43,675 bases of DNA from an uncultured Actinomycetes bacterium (GCA_964601135.1 CAZRMD010000004.1:1-43675); one strand, 5' to 3'; shown: positions 7,463-15,572, numbered from the stretch's first letter. Numbers and translations: made by a program. Notes: a model not told the origin generated them from the letters alone.

Positions 7463-8887
7463 TTAGCCGCTGGCTGGTCCGGCTCCCAACCCGGGCTCGG
7501 TCATGTGTGCGGGATCAAGAAGCCGGTCGAGTTCTGCCGACGAAAGCTTGGTCTGTTCGCGAGCGACCTCGCGGATGGTCTTGCCACTGTGTAGTGCTTC
7601 TTTCGCGATCTTCGCTGCAGCGTCATAGCCAATCGATGGGGCAAGGGAGGTGGCTAGCATCAGGCCCTGTTCGACCATCTGTGGTCCCCGGTCGGTGGCC
7701 TTGATGCCTTCGATGCATTGGCGCGCCAGGTTTTGCGCCGAGGCCGCCAGCAGGGCGATGCTCTCCAGAAGGCTGTAGGCCGCCACCGGCATCATCAAGT
7801 TGAGCTCGAAGATGCTGCCGGACTGCGCCGCGACCGTGATGGTCACGTCGTTTCCCAGCACGCGAGCGACCACCATCGTCATCGACTCGATGATCACCGG
7901 GTTGACCTTCCCGGGCATGATCGAGCTGCCGGGCTGAACCTCGGGTAGGGTGATCTCGCCCAGCCCCGCGCGCGGTCCCGATGCGAACCAGCGGAGATCG
8001 TTGCCAATCTTCCAGAGGCTGACGGCTACAGTGCGAATGGCGCCCGCGGCCGATAGCACGGCATCGAGGGTGGCTTGCGCCTGGAAGTGATTGTCGGTCT
8101 CGCGCACCATGACGCCGATTCGCCGCGTCAGATGGCGGACGACGCGTTGCGCAAATTCCGGGTGTGCGTTGATCCCCGTTCCCACCGCCGTGCCGCCCAG
8201 CGGCAAGTCGGCCAATTCATCTTCGGCCGCGTTCTGAACTCGGTCGATCGCCCTCTTAGCCTGGGTCGCGTAGCCACTGAATTCTTGCCCCAATCGAATC
8301 GGCGTTGCGTCCTGGAGGTGCGTTCGACCGGTCTTGATCACGGGCATAAACTCGGTTGCTTTTCGTTCGAGCGCCTCCTGCAAGTAGCTCAACGCGGGAA
8401 TCAACTCTTCGTGGATGGCCACCAGCGCGGAGAGCTGCATGGCTGACGGAATCACATCGTTGCTCGACTGCCCCTTGTTGACGTGATCGTTCGGGTGCAC
8501 GGGTTTTCGCGAACCCAGTGGATGGCCCAGGATCTCGTTGGCGCGGTTGGCGATCACCTCGTTAGCGTTGGTGTTGGTCGAAGTTCCCGAACCGGTCTGA
8601 AACACGTCGACTATGAAGTCCTTATCAAACTTTCCTTCTTCGACTTCTTCAGCGGCCTGTTGAATCGCGTTCGCCAGGCTGGCTTCGAGTAGGCCGAGCT
8701 CGGCGTTGACGAGCGCGGCCGCCCCCTTGATCTGGGCAAGCGCCCGAATGAATCGACGGGGAAGCCGAAGGTTGCTGATCGGGAAGTTCTGGCGTGCCCG
8801 CTCCGTGCTGGCGCCGTAATAGGCCGACTCCGGAACCTTCACCTCTCCCATCGAGTCGCGCTCGATACGCATCCCCTCCTCGGCCAT
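7463..8887 (-). CDS. aspA: Aspartate ammonia-lyase (class II fumarase/aspartase superfamily)
   Basis: Superfamily signature GSSIMPGKVNPVIIES. The KVNPV form and the N-terminus RIERDSMGEVKVPESAYYGASTERARQNFPIS fit aspartase better than FumC (KVNPTQ, WGAQTQRS). Confidence 0.8.
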   Translation of the reverse strand: MAEEGMRIERDSMGEVKVPESAYYGASTERARQNFPISNLRLPRRFIRALAQIKGAAALVNAELGLLEASLANAIQQAAEEVEEGKFDKDFIVDVFQTGSGTSTNTNANEVIANRANEILGHPLGSRKPVHPNDHVNKGQSSNDVIPSAMQLSALVAIHEELIPALSYLQEALERKATEFMPVIKTGRTHLQDATPIRLGQEFSGYATQAKRAIDRVQNAAEDELADLPLGGTAVGTGINAHPEFAQRVVRHLTRRIGVMVRETDNHFQAQATLDAVLSAAGAIRTVAVSLWKIGNDLRWFASGPRAGLGEITLPEVQPGSSIMPGKVNPVIIESMTMVVARVLGNDVTITVAAQSGSIFELNLMMPVAAYSLLESIALLAASAQNLARQCIEGIKATDRGPQMVEQGLMLATSLAPSIGYDAAAKIAKEALHSGKTIREVAREQTKLSSAELDRLLDPAHMTEPGLGAGPASG

Positions 8888-8932
8888 GCGCGGTCATCCT
8901 ACAAGGTCGTGCCCGCCAAGGGGTTGGTTATG

Positions 8933-9400
8933 TTACGCGGCTTTCTTTCCGTCAATGAGTCTGGTTCCCAGCACGGCGCGCAGCAAGCCGAGCACGTGGT
9001 CGTACTTATTGGCGGACTTGACCCAAGAAAATTCGCGGGTCGTGCCGTTAACCATTGACAGTTTGAGCTTTGCCTCGAGAAGCCCAGACCACAGGTGGGC
9101 GTCGATAATGTCGCGGACCATGAACTGGACGCCTTTCGGATCGGTAGCCAGGAGCTGCTCGGGTAATTGCCGACGTCTTTGTTGGTCGGCTGCGGCTCGG
9201 GACCTGGCACCCAGGCGGTAGATGAGCATGCCGATGAGCCCAAACTCCATCGCAAGATACGCTGCCCACGTCTCCCGGAGGCTGATCCTGACTAGCACCA
9301 GTCGATCCGTGAACACGAACAGCTCGCCCTGGCGCGGCCAGCTGCCGGCGATACCTTTGATGATGCCGATGGCGCCGATGTCGGTCATTTCTTCGGACAT
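8933..9400 (-). CDS. Hypothetical protein with one central hydrophobic segment
   Basis: A 155-aa ORF, co-directional with and 45 nt upstream of aspA. No family recognised. Two 60-nt lines that I counted by hand are 50% and 58% GC, lower than the flanks. Confidence 0.45.
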   Translation of the reverse strand: MSEEMTDIGAIGIIKGIAGSWPRQGELFVFTDRLVLVRISLRETWAAYLAMEFGLIGMLIYRLGARSRAAADQQRRRQLPEQLLATDPKGVQFMVRDIIDAHLWSGLLEAKLKLSMVNGTTREFSWVKSANKYDHVLGLLRAVLGTRLIDGKKAA

Positions 9401-9474
9401 AACGTCGGGACCTGCGGAAGCCCTGCGGGATGGTCTCGTTGGCTAATCAGGGTCGCGGGATTCCGCGCGCGTGT

Positions 9475-9480
9475 AATACT
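9475..9480 (+). promoter_or_regulatory. Extended -10 like element (TGtAATACT) positioned for a leaderless MOSC transcript
   Basis: gTGtAATACT is followed by 6 nt (gttgcg) and then the in-frame GTG 9487. Confidence 0.3.
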
Positions 9481-9486
9481 GTTGCG

Positions 9487-9930
9487 GTGACAGCGCGCGT
9501 AGTCTCGATCCAGCTCTGCCCTGGGCACCGAGAGCCGATGCGGCTCGTCGCCTCAGCCACCTTGATAACGGGTGTCGGGCTGGAAGGGGACAAGCACGCG
9601 AATGCCGCGTCCAAACGGCAGGTGCTGCTGGTTGACATGGAGGCCCTGGACCGGGTGGGCGTTGTTCCCGGAACCATCAAAGAGAATCTGACGGTCGAAG
9701 GACTCGACGTCATGGGACTGCCGGCCGGAACCAGGCTTCGTGTCGGTTCCGGCGCGGTGCTCGAAATCACGAACGTCTGCGAGCCATGCTTTCGCATGGA
9801 TGAGATCCGGATGGGGCTGAAAGAGGAACTCATTGGCCGGCGCGGCATGGTGGCTCGGGTGGTCCAGGGTGGCCGAATCAGCGTCGGTGACCCGATCGCG
9901 ATCGAAGAAGCAGAACCACTCGCCTCGTAG
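9487..9930 (+). CDS. MOSC domain-containing protein
   Basis: ITGVGLEGDKHA...QVLLVD...ENLTVEGLDV...LEITNVCEPCFRM...GMVARVVQGGRISVGDPI matches the MOSC beta-barrel with its conserved Cys. The start could also be ATG 9430, as listed in the track. Confidence 0.75.
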   Translation: MTARVVSIQLCPGHREPMRLVASATLITGVGLEGDKHANAASKRQVLLVDMEALDRVGVVPGTIKENLTVEGLDVMGLPAGTRLRVGSGAVLEITNVCEPCFRMDEIRMGLKEELIGRRGMVARVVQGGRISVGDPIAIEEAEPLAS

Positions 9931-9931
9931 C

Positions 9932-10783
9932 TTGATCCGCGCCGTCGACCTACACGTCCACCTGCCGCTCAAGGAGTGGCTGGACGGCAGCATGGGCCCC
10001 TACAAGGAACCCGCGGCCCGCTACTTCCGCAGCCAGGTGCAGGAGCGCACCGTCGACGAGTTTGCGGTCGAGTTCGCTCAGGAGCAGATCTTTGGCATCC
10101 TGCTCGCTTGGGATGCCGAGACCGCGACCAAGCGTCCGCCGCTCTCCAACGACTTCGTCGCCGCCATCGTCAAACGTCATCCGAAGCGCTTCGCGTTCTT
10201 CGCTTCGGTCGATCCCTGGAAGCCGGATGCCGTACCGCAGCTCGAGCGTGCCGTCAAAGACCTCGGCGCCATCGGCGCGAAGTTCCATCCCTCGCTGCAG
10301 GACTTCTACCCCAGCGACGAACGGCATTTCAAGCTCTGGGAGAAAGCCGCCCAGCTCGGAATTCCCTGCCTCTTCCACACCGGCACGAGTGGTATCGGCG
10401 CCGGACAACCCGGTGGCCAGGGCATCAAGCTCGACCCGGCTCGTCCCATCCACCTGGACATCGTGGCGGCCCGTTTCCCGGAACTGCGCATCATCGCGGC
10501 GCATTTCGGCTGGCCCTGGCATCTCGAGCTGATCGCCATGGCGCTGCACAAGAGCAACATCTATGTCGAGCTGTCAGGCTGGTCACCGCGCTACTACCCC
10601 GAGGAGCTCGTGAGAGAGATCGGTGGACGCCTGCAGGACCGCTCCCTGTTCGGCAGCGACTACCCGTTTCTCAAGCCAGCCCGCGTGCTAGAGGAGCTCG
10701 ACGGTCTTCAGCTCAAGCCGGAGGCCAAAGTCAAGATCCTGCGCGAGAACGCCGCCCGGCTGCTGAAACTGGAACTGTCCTAA
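9932..10783 (+). CDS. Amidohydrolase family 2 (TIM-barrel metal-dependent hydrolase)
   Basis: TTG 9932 gives MIRAVDLHVHLP (HxH metal motif) directly after the MOSC stop. Also present: GAKFHP, FHTG, IIAAHFGWPW and FGSDYPF. Confidence 0.8.
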   Translation: MIRAVDLHVHLPLKEWLDGSMGPYKEPAARYFRSQVQERTVDEFAVEFAQEQIFGILLAWDAETATKRPPLSNDFVAAIVKRHPKRFAFFASVDPWKPDAVPQLERAVKDLGAIGAKFHPSLQDFYPSDERHFKLWEKAAQLGIPCLFHTGTSGIGAGQPGGQGIKLDPARPIHLDIVAARFPELRIIAAHFGWPWHLELIAMALHKSNIYVELSGWSPRYYPEELVREIGGRLQDRSLFGSDYPFLKPARVLEELDGLQLKPEAKVKILRENAARLLKLELS

Positions 10784-11052
10784 CCGGCTTTCGCCTGACC
10801 TTCCCAGCACACGACCCCCTCATCGCCGACCATGGCTGCGTGAGGCGTACCGGGTGGAAGATCGAGACGGTTACCCGGGTGCATGACAATTGGCGACTTC
10901 CCCGTGGGCGTGAAGGTGATCGATCCCTGTTCGACGAACAAGATCTTGCGATAGGGATGGCTGTGAACGGCGTACTGCGCCCCTGGGCCATTGCTCCATC
11001 GATAGCAATGGTCCGCTTCGGCCCTTAAGCGCTGTTCGACAGACAGTCCCAT
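10780..11052 (-). CDS. Small cupin domain protein
   Basis: AVHSHPYRKILFVEQGSITF...HPGNRLDLPPGTPHAA matches the cupin motifs G(X)5HxH...PxGxxH. ATG 11052 was chosen; the longer track ORF to 11187 overlaps the MFS gene. Confidence 0.6.
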   Translation of the reverse strand: MGLSVEQRLRAEADHCYRWSNGPGAQYAVHSHPYRKILFVEQGSITFTPTGKSPIVMHPGNRLDLPPGTPHAAMVGDEGVVCWEGQAKAG

Positions 11053-11061
11053 GTCTGCATA

Positions 11062-12345
11062 ATGCACCCGATGCCTCGGGGCTACGCGCGCTATGTCCTG
11101 GCCGTGATGGTGGGCATCAATTTCTTGAATTACCTCGATCGCTACATCCTGCCGGCGGTCGCGACCCGGATCCAGAACGAATTTCATCTCAGCGATACCC
11201 AGATCGGGCTGCTGGGCAGCGCCTTCGTCTTGTTGTACGCGATTGCCACCATCCCGTTCGGGATCTGGGCCGATCGTGGGGTTCGTAAAACCGTCGTCGG
11301 AGTTGGGGTGACGATCTGGAGTCTGGCCACGCTGTTCACCGGGCTCGCCCGGAGCTACGCGCAGCTCTTCATCGCTCGAGCCGTGGTCGGCATTGGCGAG
11401 GGCAGTTATTACCCCGCAGGGACCGCATTGCTCGGTGACTACTTCAAGAAAGAAGGCCGGGGCCGCGCCATGTCGATCTGGGCGGCAGGCACCGCCGTGG
11501 GGATTGCGGTCGGCTTTGCCGGCGGCGGCATCATCGGCAGCGTGCTGGGATGGCGCGTCGCGTTCTACCTGACGGCGCTCCCCGGACTCGTCTTCGCCCT
11601 GCTCGCTTTTGGCATCCGCGAACCGCTGCGCGGGGCGGCCGAGGATCGGGGTCCCAAAACCGGCCCTGCTGCCGAGATCACCTGGAATACGGCGTTCGAC
11701 CTGCTTCGAATCCCGACGCTGCGAGCGACGATCGCCGCCGAGACCGTCCTGTTCTTCGTGCTCGGCGGCGCAGCGTTCTGGCTACCAACCTATCTCACCC
11801 GTCGGTTCGGGCTCGGCACGGGCGCCGCCGGGACGCTGGCGGGAGGGGTCCTCGTGGTCGGCTTGCTGGCAGGCTCATTGCTGGGTGGCTGGATGGCCGA
11901 TCAACTGATGCTCCGCCAGAAGCGGGCGAGCAATCTGCCGGTCGGCATCGCCGGCTTCGTCGCCGGCGCGATTTTCGTCGCGCTGGCTCTGCTGATGCCC
12001 AGCCTTTCGCTCTTCATTCCAATGTTCTTGCTGGGCGCCGCGGCGCTTTACCTTTACAACGGTCCCTACTCTGCGGTCAAGCAGAACGTCGTCGTACCAA
12101 CGGCCCGGGCCACGGCGGTGACGATTGCTCTCCTGATCGAGCATCTCCTGGGTGATTCCTATGCACCCTTCGCGATCGGGCGCCTCTCTGATGCCTTGCA
12201 CAGCCTGCAACTCGCGCTCCTCATCCTGATGCCGCCGCTATTGCTGCTGGCCGCGGCATTCGCCGCCGCCGGGCGCCGCTACGAGGATCCCGATGGACGG
12301 GCGATGGAGGCTCGCTGGGCCGCCGCCGAATCACCGATCCCCTGA
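11062..12345 (+). CDS. MFS transporter
   Basis: The hydrophobicity profile is consistent with about 12 TM helices. MFS motif A-like GIWADRGVRKTVV lies between the second and third helices. Confidence 0.85.
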   Translation: MHPMPRGYARYVLAVMVGINFLNYLDRYILPAVATRIQNEFHLSDTQIGLLGSAFVLLYAIATIPFGIWADRGVRKTVVGVGVTIWSLATLFTGLARSYAQLFIARAVVGIGEGSYYPAGTALLGDYFKKEGRGRAMSIWAAGTAVGIAVGFAGGGIIGSVLGWRVAFYLTALPGLVFALLAFGIREPLRGAAEDRGPKTGPAAEITWNTAFDLLRIPTLRATIAAETVLFFVLGGAAFWLPTYLTRRFGLGTGAAGTLAGGVLVVGLLAGSLLGGWMADQLMLRQKRASNLPVGIAGFVAGAIFVALALLMPSLSLFIPMFLLGAAALYLYNGPYSAVKQNVVVPTARATAVTIALLIEHLLGDSYAPFAIGRLSDALHSLQLALLILMPPLLLLAAAFAAAGRRYEDPDGRAMEARWAAAESPIP

Positions 12346-13091
12346 AAGAGGTCGTCCTCCCGCAGGCTATCGGGCGCGCCGACCAGCGAGAACACCTCGA
12401 AGTCGCCCTGACCCTCTACGAACTTCCGCAGCGGCTCCCATTCCTGGGTTTGCGTTCGATGGTGCGCAAAAGCTCGCAGCTTCGCCTCCTGGAATCCCGC
12501 GATCGAGATCCGGGTCGTGATTGGTGGCTGGGGCGGCAGCTTCAGCGCCTCCACCGTCACCGTGGTCGCTGACTGGAAGTAGAGCTTGCTGGGTGACCAG
12601 GCCGAGAGGCCGAGTGCGAGCGCTTCGAGCTCGTAGGCCGACGCATCACTCGCCAGGGCGCATGCCTGGACGGTGAGGCGGCTGACCGCCTTGTGATCGG
12701 GATGCCCATAGTTGCCCTCGGGCCCGAAACAAATAACCACGTGCGGTCGGTGAACGCGCAGGGTGCGCACGATGTCGCCCACGAACCGATCGCGGACCTC
12801 GTCAACTTCCTCGACTTTTTCGAGCGCCCCATCCGGGTAGTCGAAGACTTCCAGGAAGTGGACACCGAGCTCGGCGGCGGCGTCGCGTAGTTCCAGCTCC
12901 CGCACGTCGCTCAGCCGGCGAAGATCCCCTGCTGCACGACCCTTCCACAGGCCGCCACCGCCACGTGTCATCGTGACGAGGGTGACGGCCGCGCCCTCTG
13001 CGCTGTAACGCGCGATGGTCGCGGCACAGCCGAAACATTCGTCGTCCGGATGCGGCATGACGACCATCAGGCGTTGACCTTCTCGCGTCAT
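12279..13091 (-). CDS. PIG-L/LmbE family deacetylase (Mca/MshB-like), paralog 1
   Basis: MVVMPHPDDECFG (PDD metal motif), GHPDHKAV, and a C-terminal EDDLFQGI tail as in Mca-like proteins. ATG 13091 was chosen; the track ORF extension to 13406 overlaps the NUDIX gene. Confidence 0.8.
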   Translation of the reverse strand: MTREGQRLMVVMPHPDDECFGCAATIARYSAEGAAVTLVTMTRGGGGLWKGRAAGDLRRLSDVRELELRDAAAELGVHFLEVFDYPDGALEKVEEVDEVRDRFVGDIVRTLRVHRPHVVICFGPEGNYGHPDHKAVSRLTVQACALASDASAYELEALALGLSAWSPSKLYFQSATTVTVEALKLPPQPPITTRISIAGFQEAKLRAFAHHRTQTQEWEPLRKFVEGQGDFEVFSLVGAPDSLREDDLFQGIGDSAAAQRASIARPSGSS

Positions 13092-13106
13092 GCCGGAGCC
13101 AAGTCT

Positions 13107-13112
13107 AATAAT
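13107..13112 (+). promoter_or_regulatory. -10 box (AATAAT within TAATAAT) positioned for a leaderless NUDIX transcript
   Basis: The only AT-rich patch in the 27-nt divergent intergenic region. It is followed by 6 nt (gatgcg) and then ATG 13119. Confidence 0.3.
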
Positions 13113-13118
13113 GATGCG

Positions 13119-13580
13119 ATGCCAGCGCCGCGAGAGCCCGGTCGTGCCCGCCGCGAGGTATCGGCCGGCGGCGTCGTTTACCGGCGAGCGGCTGAGGGGT
13201 CGGAATTTGCGCTGATCAAGGCCGGTGGTCGGTGGAGCTTCCCCAAGGGCAACATCGAAAAGGGCGAGACGGCCGAGGTGGCGGCGCTGCGCGAGATTTC
13301 GGAAGAGACCGGCCTGCCACTGGATCGCTTGCGCATCGTTCGCCGCCTGCCCGATGTCGAGTACGCCTTCCGCTGGACCGGCATGCTGGTTTTCAAGACG
13401 GTCCATAACTTCCTGGTCGAGTTCGAGGGCGATGCATCGTTCAATCCGCAGCTGTCCGAGATCGAAGAGGTGGCGTGGTTCCAGGCGGAGGCGGCGCGCC
13501 GGACCATCAGCTTCAGGATCGCGAAGGAAACCCTCGATGCAGCGATTGGCGCCATCGATGCCTGGCAGGTGGCCTCCTGA
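13119..13580 (+). CDS. NUDIX hydrolase
   Basis: Complete Nudix box GNIEKGETAEVAALREISEETGL (Gx5Ex7REUxEExGU). Confidence 0.85.
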   Translation: MPAPREPGRARREVSAGGVVYRRAAEGSEFALIKAGGRWSFPKGNIEKGETAEVAALREISEETGLPLDRLRIVRRLPDVEYAFRWTGMLVFKTVHNFLVEFEGDASFNPQLSEIEEVAWFQAEAARRTISFRIAKETLDAAIGAIDAWQVAS

Positions 13581-13606
13581 GCGTTCTCCTCTTCATCCAC
13601 GATGGG

Positions 13607-13942
13607 TTGTTCCGGGCCGGGGTCTTGATCACCGTCATCGTCGGCGTTTGGGGCCTGCTCATGTTCTTCCGGCGAGTCTCACCGGGCGCCAGCTACCGCT
13701 CCACCCTGGTGCTCACAGAAGCGCTCTTCGTCGTGCAGGGCTTGATCGGCATCGGGCTCTTCGGCGTCGGTTCGCGGCCGAAGGATCCACTGCACTGGCT
13801 CTACGGCATCCTGCTGGTGATCACCCTGCCGATCGCGGCCACCTACCCGGCGGCGCGGGAGGAGAAGCGTCAGTCCCTGGTCTATGGCGTCGTCGGTCTG
13901 TTCATGGCGGGCCTGTGCATCCGCGCCTGGATGACGCACTAG
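13607..13942 (+). CDS. Small integral membrane protein (about 3 TM helices); start uncertain
   Basis: Hydrophobic helices GVLITVIVGVWGLLMFF, LVLTEALFVVQGLIGIGLFGV and WLYGILLVITLPIAA. TTG 13607 is the first canonical start after the NUDIX stop, and the frame is open from 13475. Confidence 0.5.
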   Translation: MFRAGVLITVIVGVWGLLMFFRRVSPGASYRSTLVLTEALFVVQGLIGIGLFGVGSRPKDPLHWLYGILLVITLPIAATYPAAREEKRQSLVYGVVGLFMAGLCIRAWMTH

Positions 13943-13957
13943 ATCGGCAGAAATAAA

Positions 13958-13985
13958 GAAAGGGACTCCCGCGGGAGTCCCTTTC
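13958..13985. terminator. Bidirectional intrinsic terminator (perfect 28-nt palindrome)
   Basis: GAAAGGGACTCCCGCGGGAGTCCCTTTC forms a 12-bp stem. On the minus strand it is followed by CTTTATTT (U-rich), and on the plus strand it is preceded by AAATAAAG. It lies between the convergent membrane-protein gene and the 19-codon ORF. Confidence 0.8.
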
Positions 13986-13996
13986 GTCGCCGCGTT

Positions 13997-14056
13997 CTAG
14001 CGGCTCTTGCGAGTCGACTTGCGGGCCTTCTTGGTGGCCTTCTTCCTGGTCGCCAT
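13997..14056 (-). CDS. 19-aa Lys/Arg-rich microprotein MATRKKATKKARKSTRKSR (not in the ORF track)
   Basis: On the minus strand, TAAGGAGGTgacgcATG places a perfect SD 6 nt before the ATG. The ORF is 19 codons plus TAG, and a canonical hairpin + U-tract terminator follows 11 nt downstream. Two hairpins lie in the upstream leader (14090-14109 and 14114-14129). Confidence 0.6.
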   Translation of the reverse strand: MATRKKATKKARKSTRKSR

Positions 14057-14208
14057 GCGTCACCTCCTTATCGTGAGCGGCGAACCGCGGCGCACACACC
14101 GATGTGCGCTTATCCGAGATAACGCTCGGTCCAAAACGAACTTGCATGATTTGTTCGCGTTAATGGCGAGTCGGAACTCGCGTGAAACATGAAACCGGCC
14201 GCCAGGCC

Positions 14209-15186
14209 TCAGAAAAGACGCAGCTGGTCGATCGCCGTCAGGGCTTTCGCGCGCAGCCCACGCCGCCGAAGGTGCATGGCCAGCTCTTCATCGAAGCCCA
14301 GGACGGTGTACGTCATCGTTGCACCGACCTGCTCCGCGTAACAACAGAGCTCTTCGAAGTCCGCGTGGTCGGACAGCGGGAAAACCGCGTCGACCTCGAG
14401 GCGGTCTTTGAGGCTTCGATCCATGGCCCAACCGGTCAACGCGGCGGTTTTGAATTCGCCCACTTTGTCTTTGAGCCCGCTGCGACGCGCAGTCGGAGGC
14501 GTGATGACCACCGCCGGCCGCTGCAGATCGTTGCCCAGAGCCTGGTAGTCGGGGAACGAACAGCCAAGCTCTCGATACACTTCCGTCACGCCGAATAACG
14601 ACGAATGAAGGGCGATGCCCAATCCCTCGGCGGCCAGCGCCGAGAGAATCTCCTGCCCTTTGCCTAAGGAGTACCCGAGTAACACAGGCGTCGCGCCGTC
14701 GTCGATGACGCCCCGACACCACCCGACCATGGCGGCAATCACCTCAGCCGCGTCGGGAAACCGGTAATGGGGCTTGCCGAACGTGCTCTCCAGCACCAGG
14801 ACGTCGGCGGTAACCGCCATCGCCGGCGAGCTGGTGAATCCCGAGCGGGTCTTGAGATCGCCCGTATAGAGGACGCGCCCAAAGTCGGTGTCCACCAGGG
14901 TTTGCGCCGATCCCAGGACGTGCCCGGCGGAATAGAAGGTCAGGGAGCACCGGTCTAGCGAGAGCGATTCCCCGTAGGGGACGGCGCGGATGCTGCTCAT
15001 GGCAGGCCGCCGATGCGTCACCAGTCGCTGGGTTGCCGGTGTCGCGTAGGCCAGCTCGTGGGCGGCGACGTGGTCGCTGTGGGCGTGACTGATCACCGCA
15101 CGGGGACGGGGATGGCGCGGATCGAGCCACAGCTCCTGCTCGGGAAGGTAGACGCCGCTATCCCAGAGGATTGGGTAGGCGAGCAC
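14209..15186 (-). CDS. MBL-fold (beta-CASP-like) hydrolase resembling the ligase-associated DNA damage response exonuclease family
   Basis: N-terminus ILWDSGVYLPEQELWLDP...AVISHAHSDHV (HxHxDH), GHVLGSA, YTGD, ESTFG, and SDHADFEEL near the C-terminus. Confidence 0.7.
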   Translation of the reverse strand: MLAYPILWDSGVYLPEQELWLDPRHPRPRAVISHAHSDHVAAHELAYATPATQRLVTHRRPAMSSIRAVPYGESLSLDRCSLTFYSAGHVLGSAQTLVDTDFGRVLYTGDLKTRSGFTSSPAMAVTADVLVLESTFGKPHYRFPDAAEVIAAMVGWCRGVIDDGATPVLLGYSLGKGQEILSALAAEGLGIALHSSLFGVTEVYRELGCSFPDYQALGNDLQRPAVVITPPTARRSGLKDKVGEFKTAALTGWAMDRSLKDRLEVDAVFPLSDHADFEELCCYAEQVGATMTYTVLGFDEELAMHLRRRGLRAKALTAIDQLRLF

Positions 15187-15195
15187 GGCTGGAGC

Positions 15196-15534
15196 TTACT
15201 CGATGGCGGCGGCGCGCGCTTCGAACAGCTCGTCGCGAAGCGCGCAATAGGTGCAGAACCGCTGTCCCGGTGGGCCCGCGAACACGCTGGTCCGCCCGCA
15301 GGTGGGACAGGTCTCCTTCTCTTGCTCGGCGTCGGCGGTCGCAGGAACGATTTCACCCGCCGGGACCTCCACTGGCTCCGCGGTCTCGGCGGTTACGGCC
15401 TCAGATTCCGGAAGTCCTTCGCTCGTAGTGGGCTCGACGGCCGCTGCCGGTGGTGCTGGTGGCGGTGGTGCTTCGACGGGAGCGGCTTCAGCCGCCTCGC
15501 GTTGCCGGAAGAGCCGGGTCAGCCAGCGGAGCAC
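15196..15534 (-). CDS. Hypothetical protein: Pro/Ala/Glu-rich low-complexity N-terminal part plus C-terminal CxxC...CxxC zinc ribbon
   Basis: CPTCGRTSVFAGPPGQRFCTYC at the C-terminus. The stop lies 9 nt upstream of the MBL start. GTG 15534 is preceded by a canonical -35/-10 pair. Confidence 0.5.
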   Translation of the reverse strand: MLRWLTRLFRQREAAEAAPVEAPPPPAPPAAAVEPTTSEGLPESEAVTAETAEPVEVPAGEIVPATADAEQEKETCPTCGRTSVFAGPPGQRFCTYCALRDELFEARAAAIE

Positions 15535-15542
15535 TCGCGCGT

Positions 15543-15571
15543 ACGGTAGAGCATGGAGGCCACGAAGTCAA
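15543..15571 (-). promoter_or_regulatory. Sigma-70-like promoter TTGACT-17 nt-TACCGT upstream of the Zn-ribbon/MBL genes
   Basis: The minus strand reads TTGACTtcgtggcctccatgctcTACCGTacgcgcgaGTG. The -35 and -10 are spaced by exactly 17 nt, the start codon lies 8 nt after the -10 (near-leaderless), and the element begins right after the radical SAM stop. Confidence 0.35.
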
Positions 15572-15572
15572 A

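Noticed and set aside
13902-14147. An 81-aa minus-strand ORF covering the micro-ORF region.
   Set aside because: It is in a different frame from the SD-preceded 19-codon ORF and runs straight through the perfect terminator hairpin. It has no RBS and an implausible composition.
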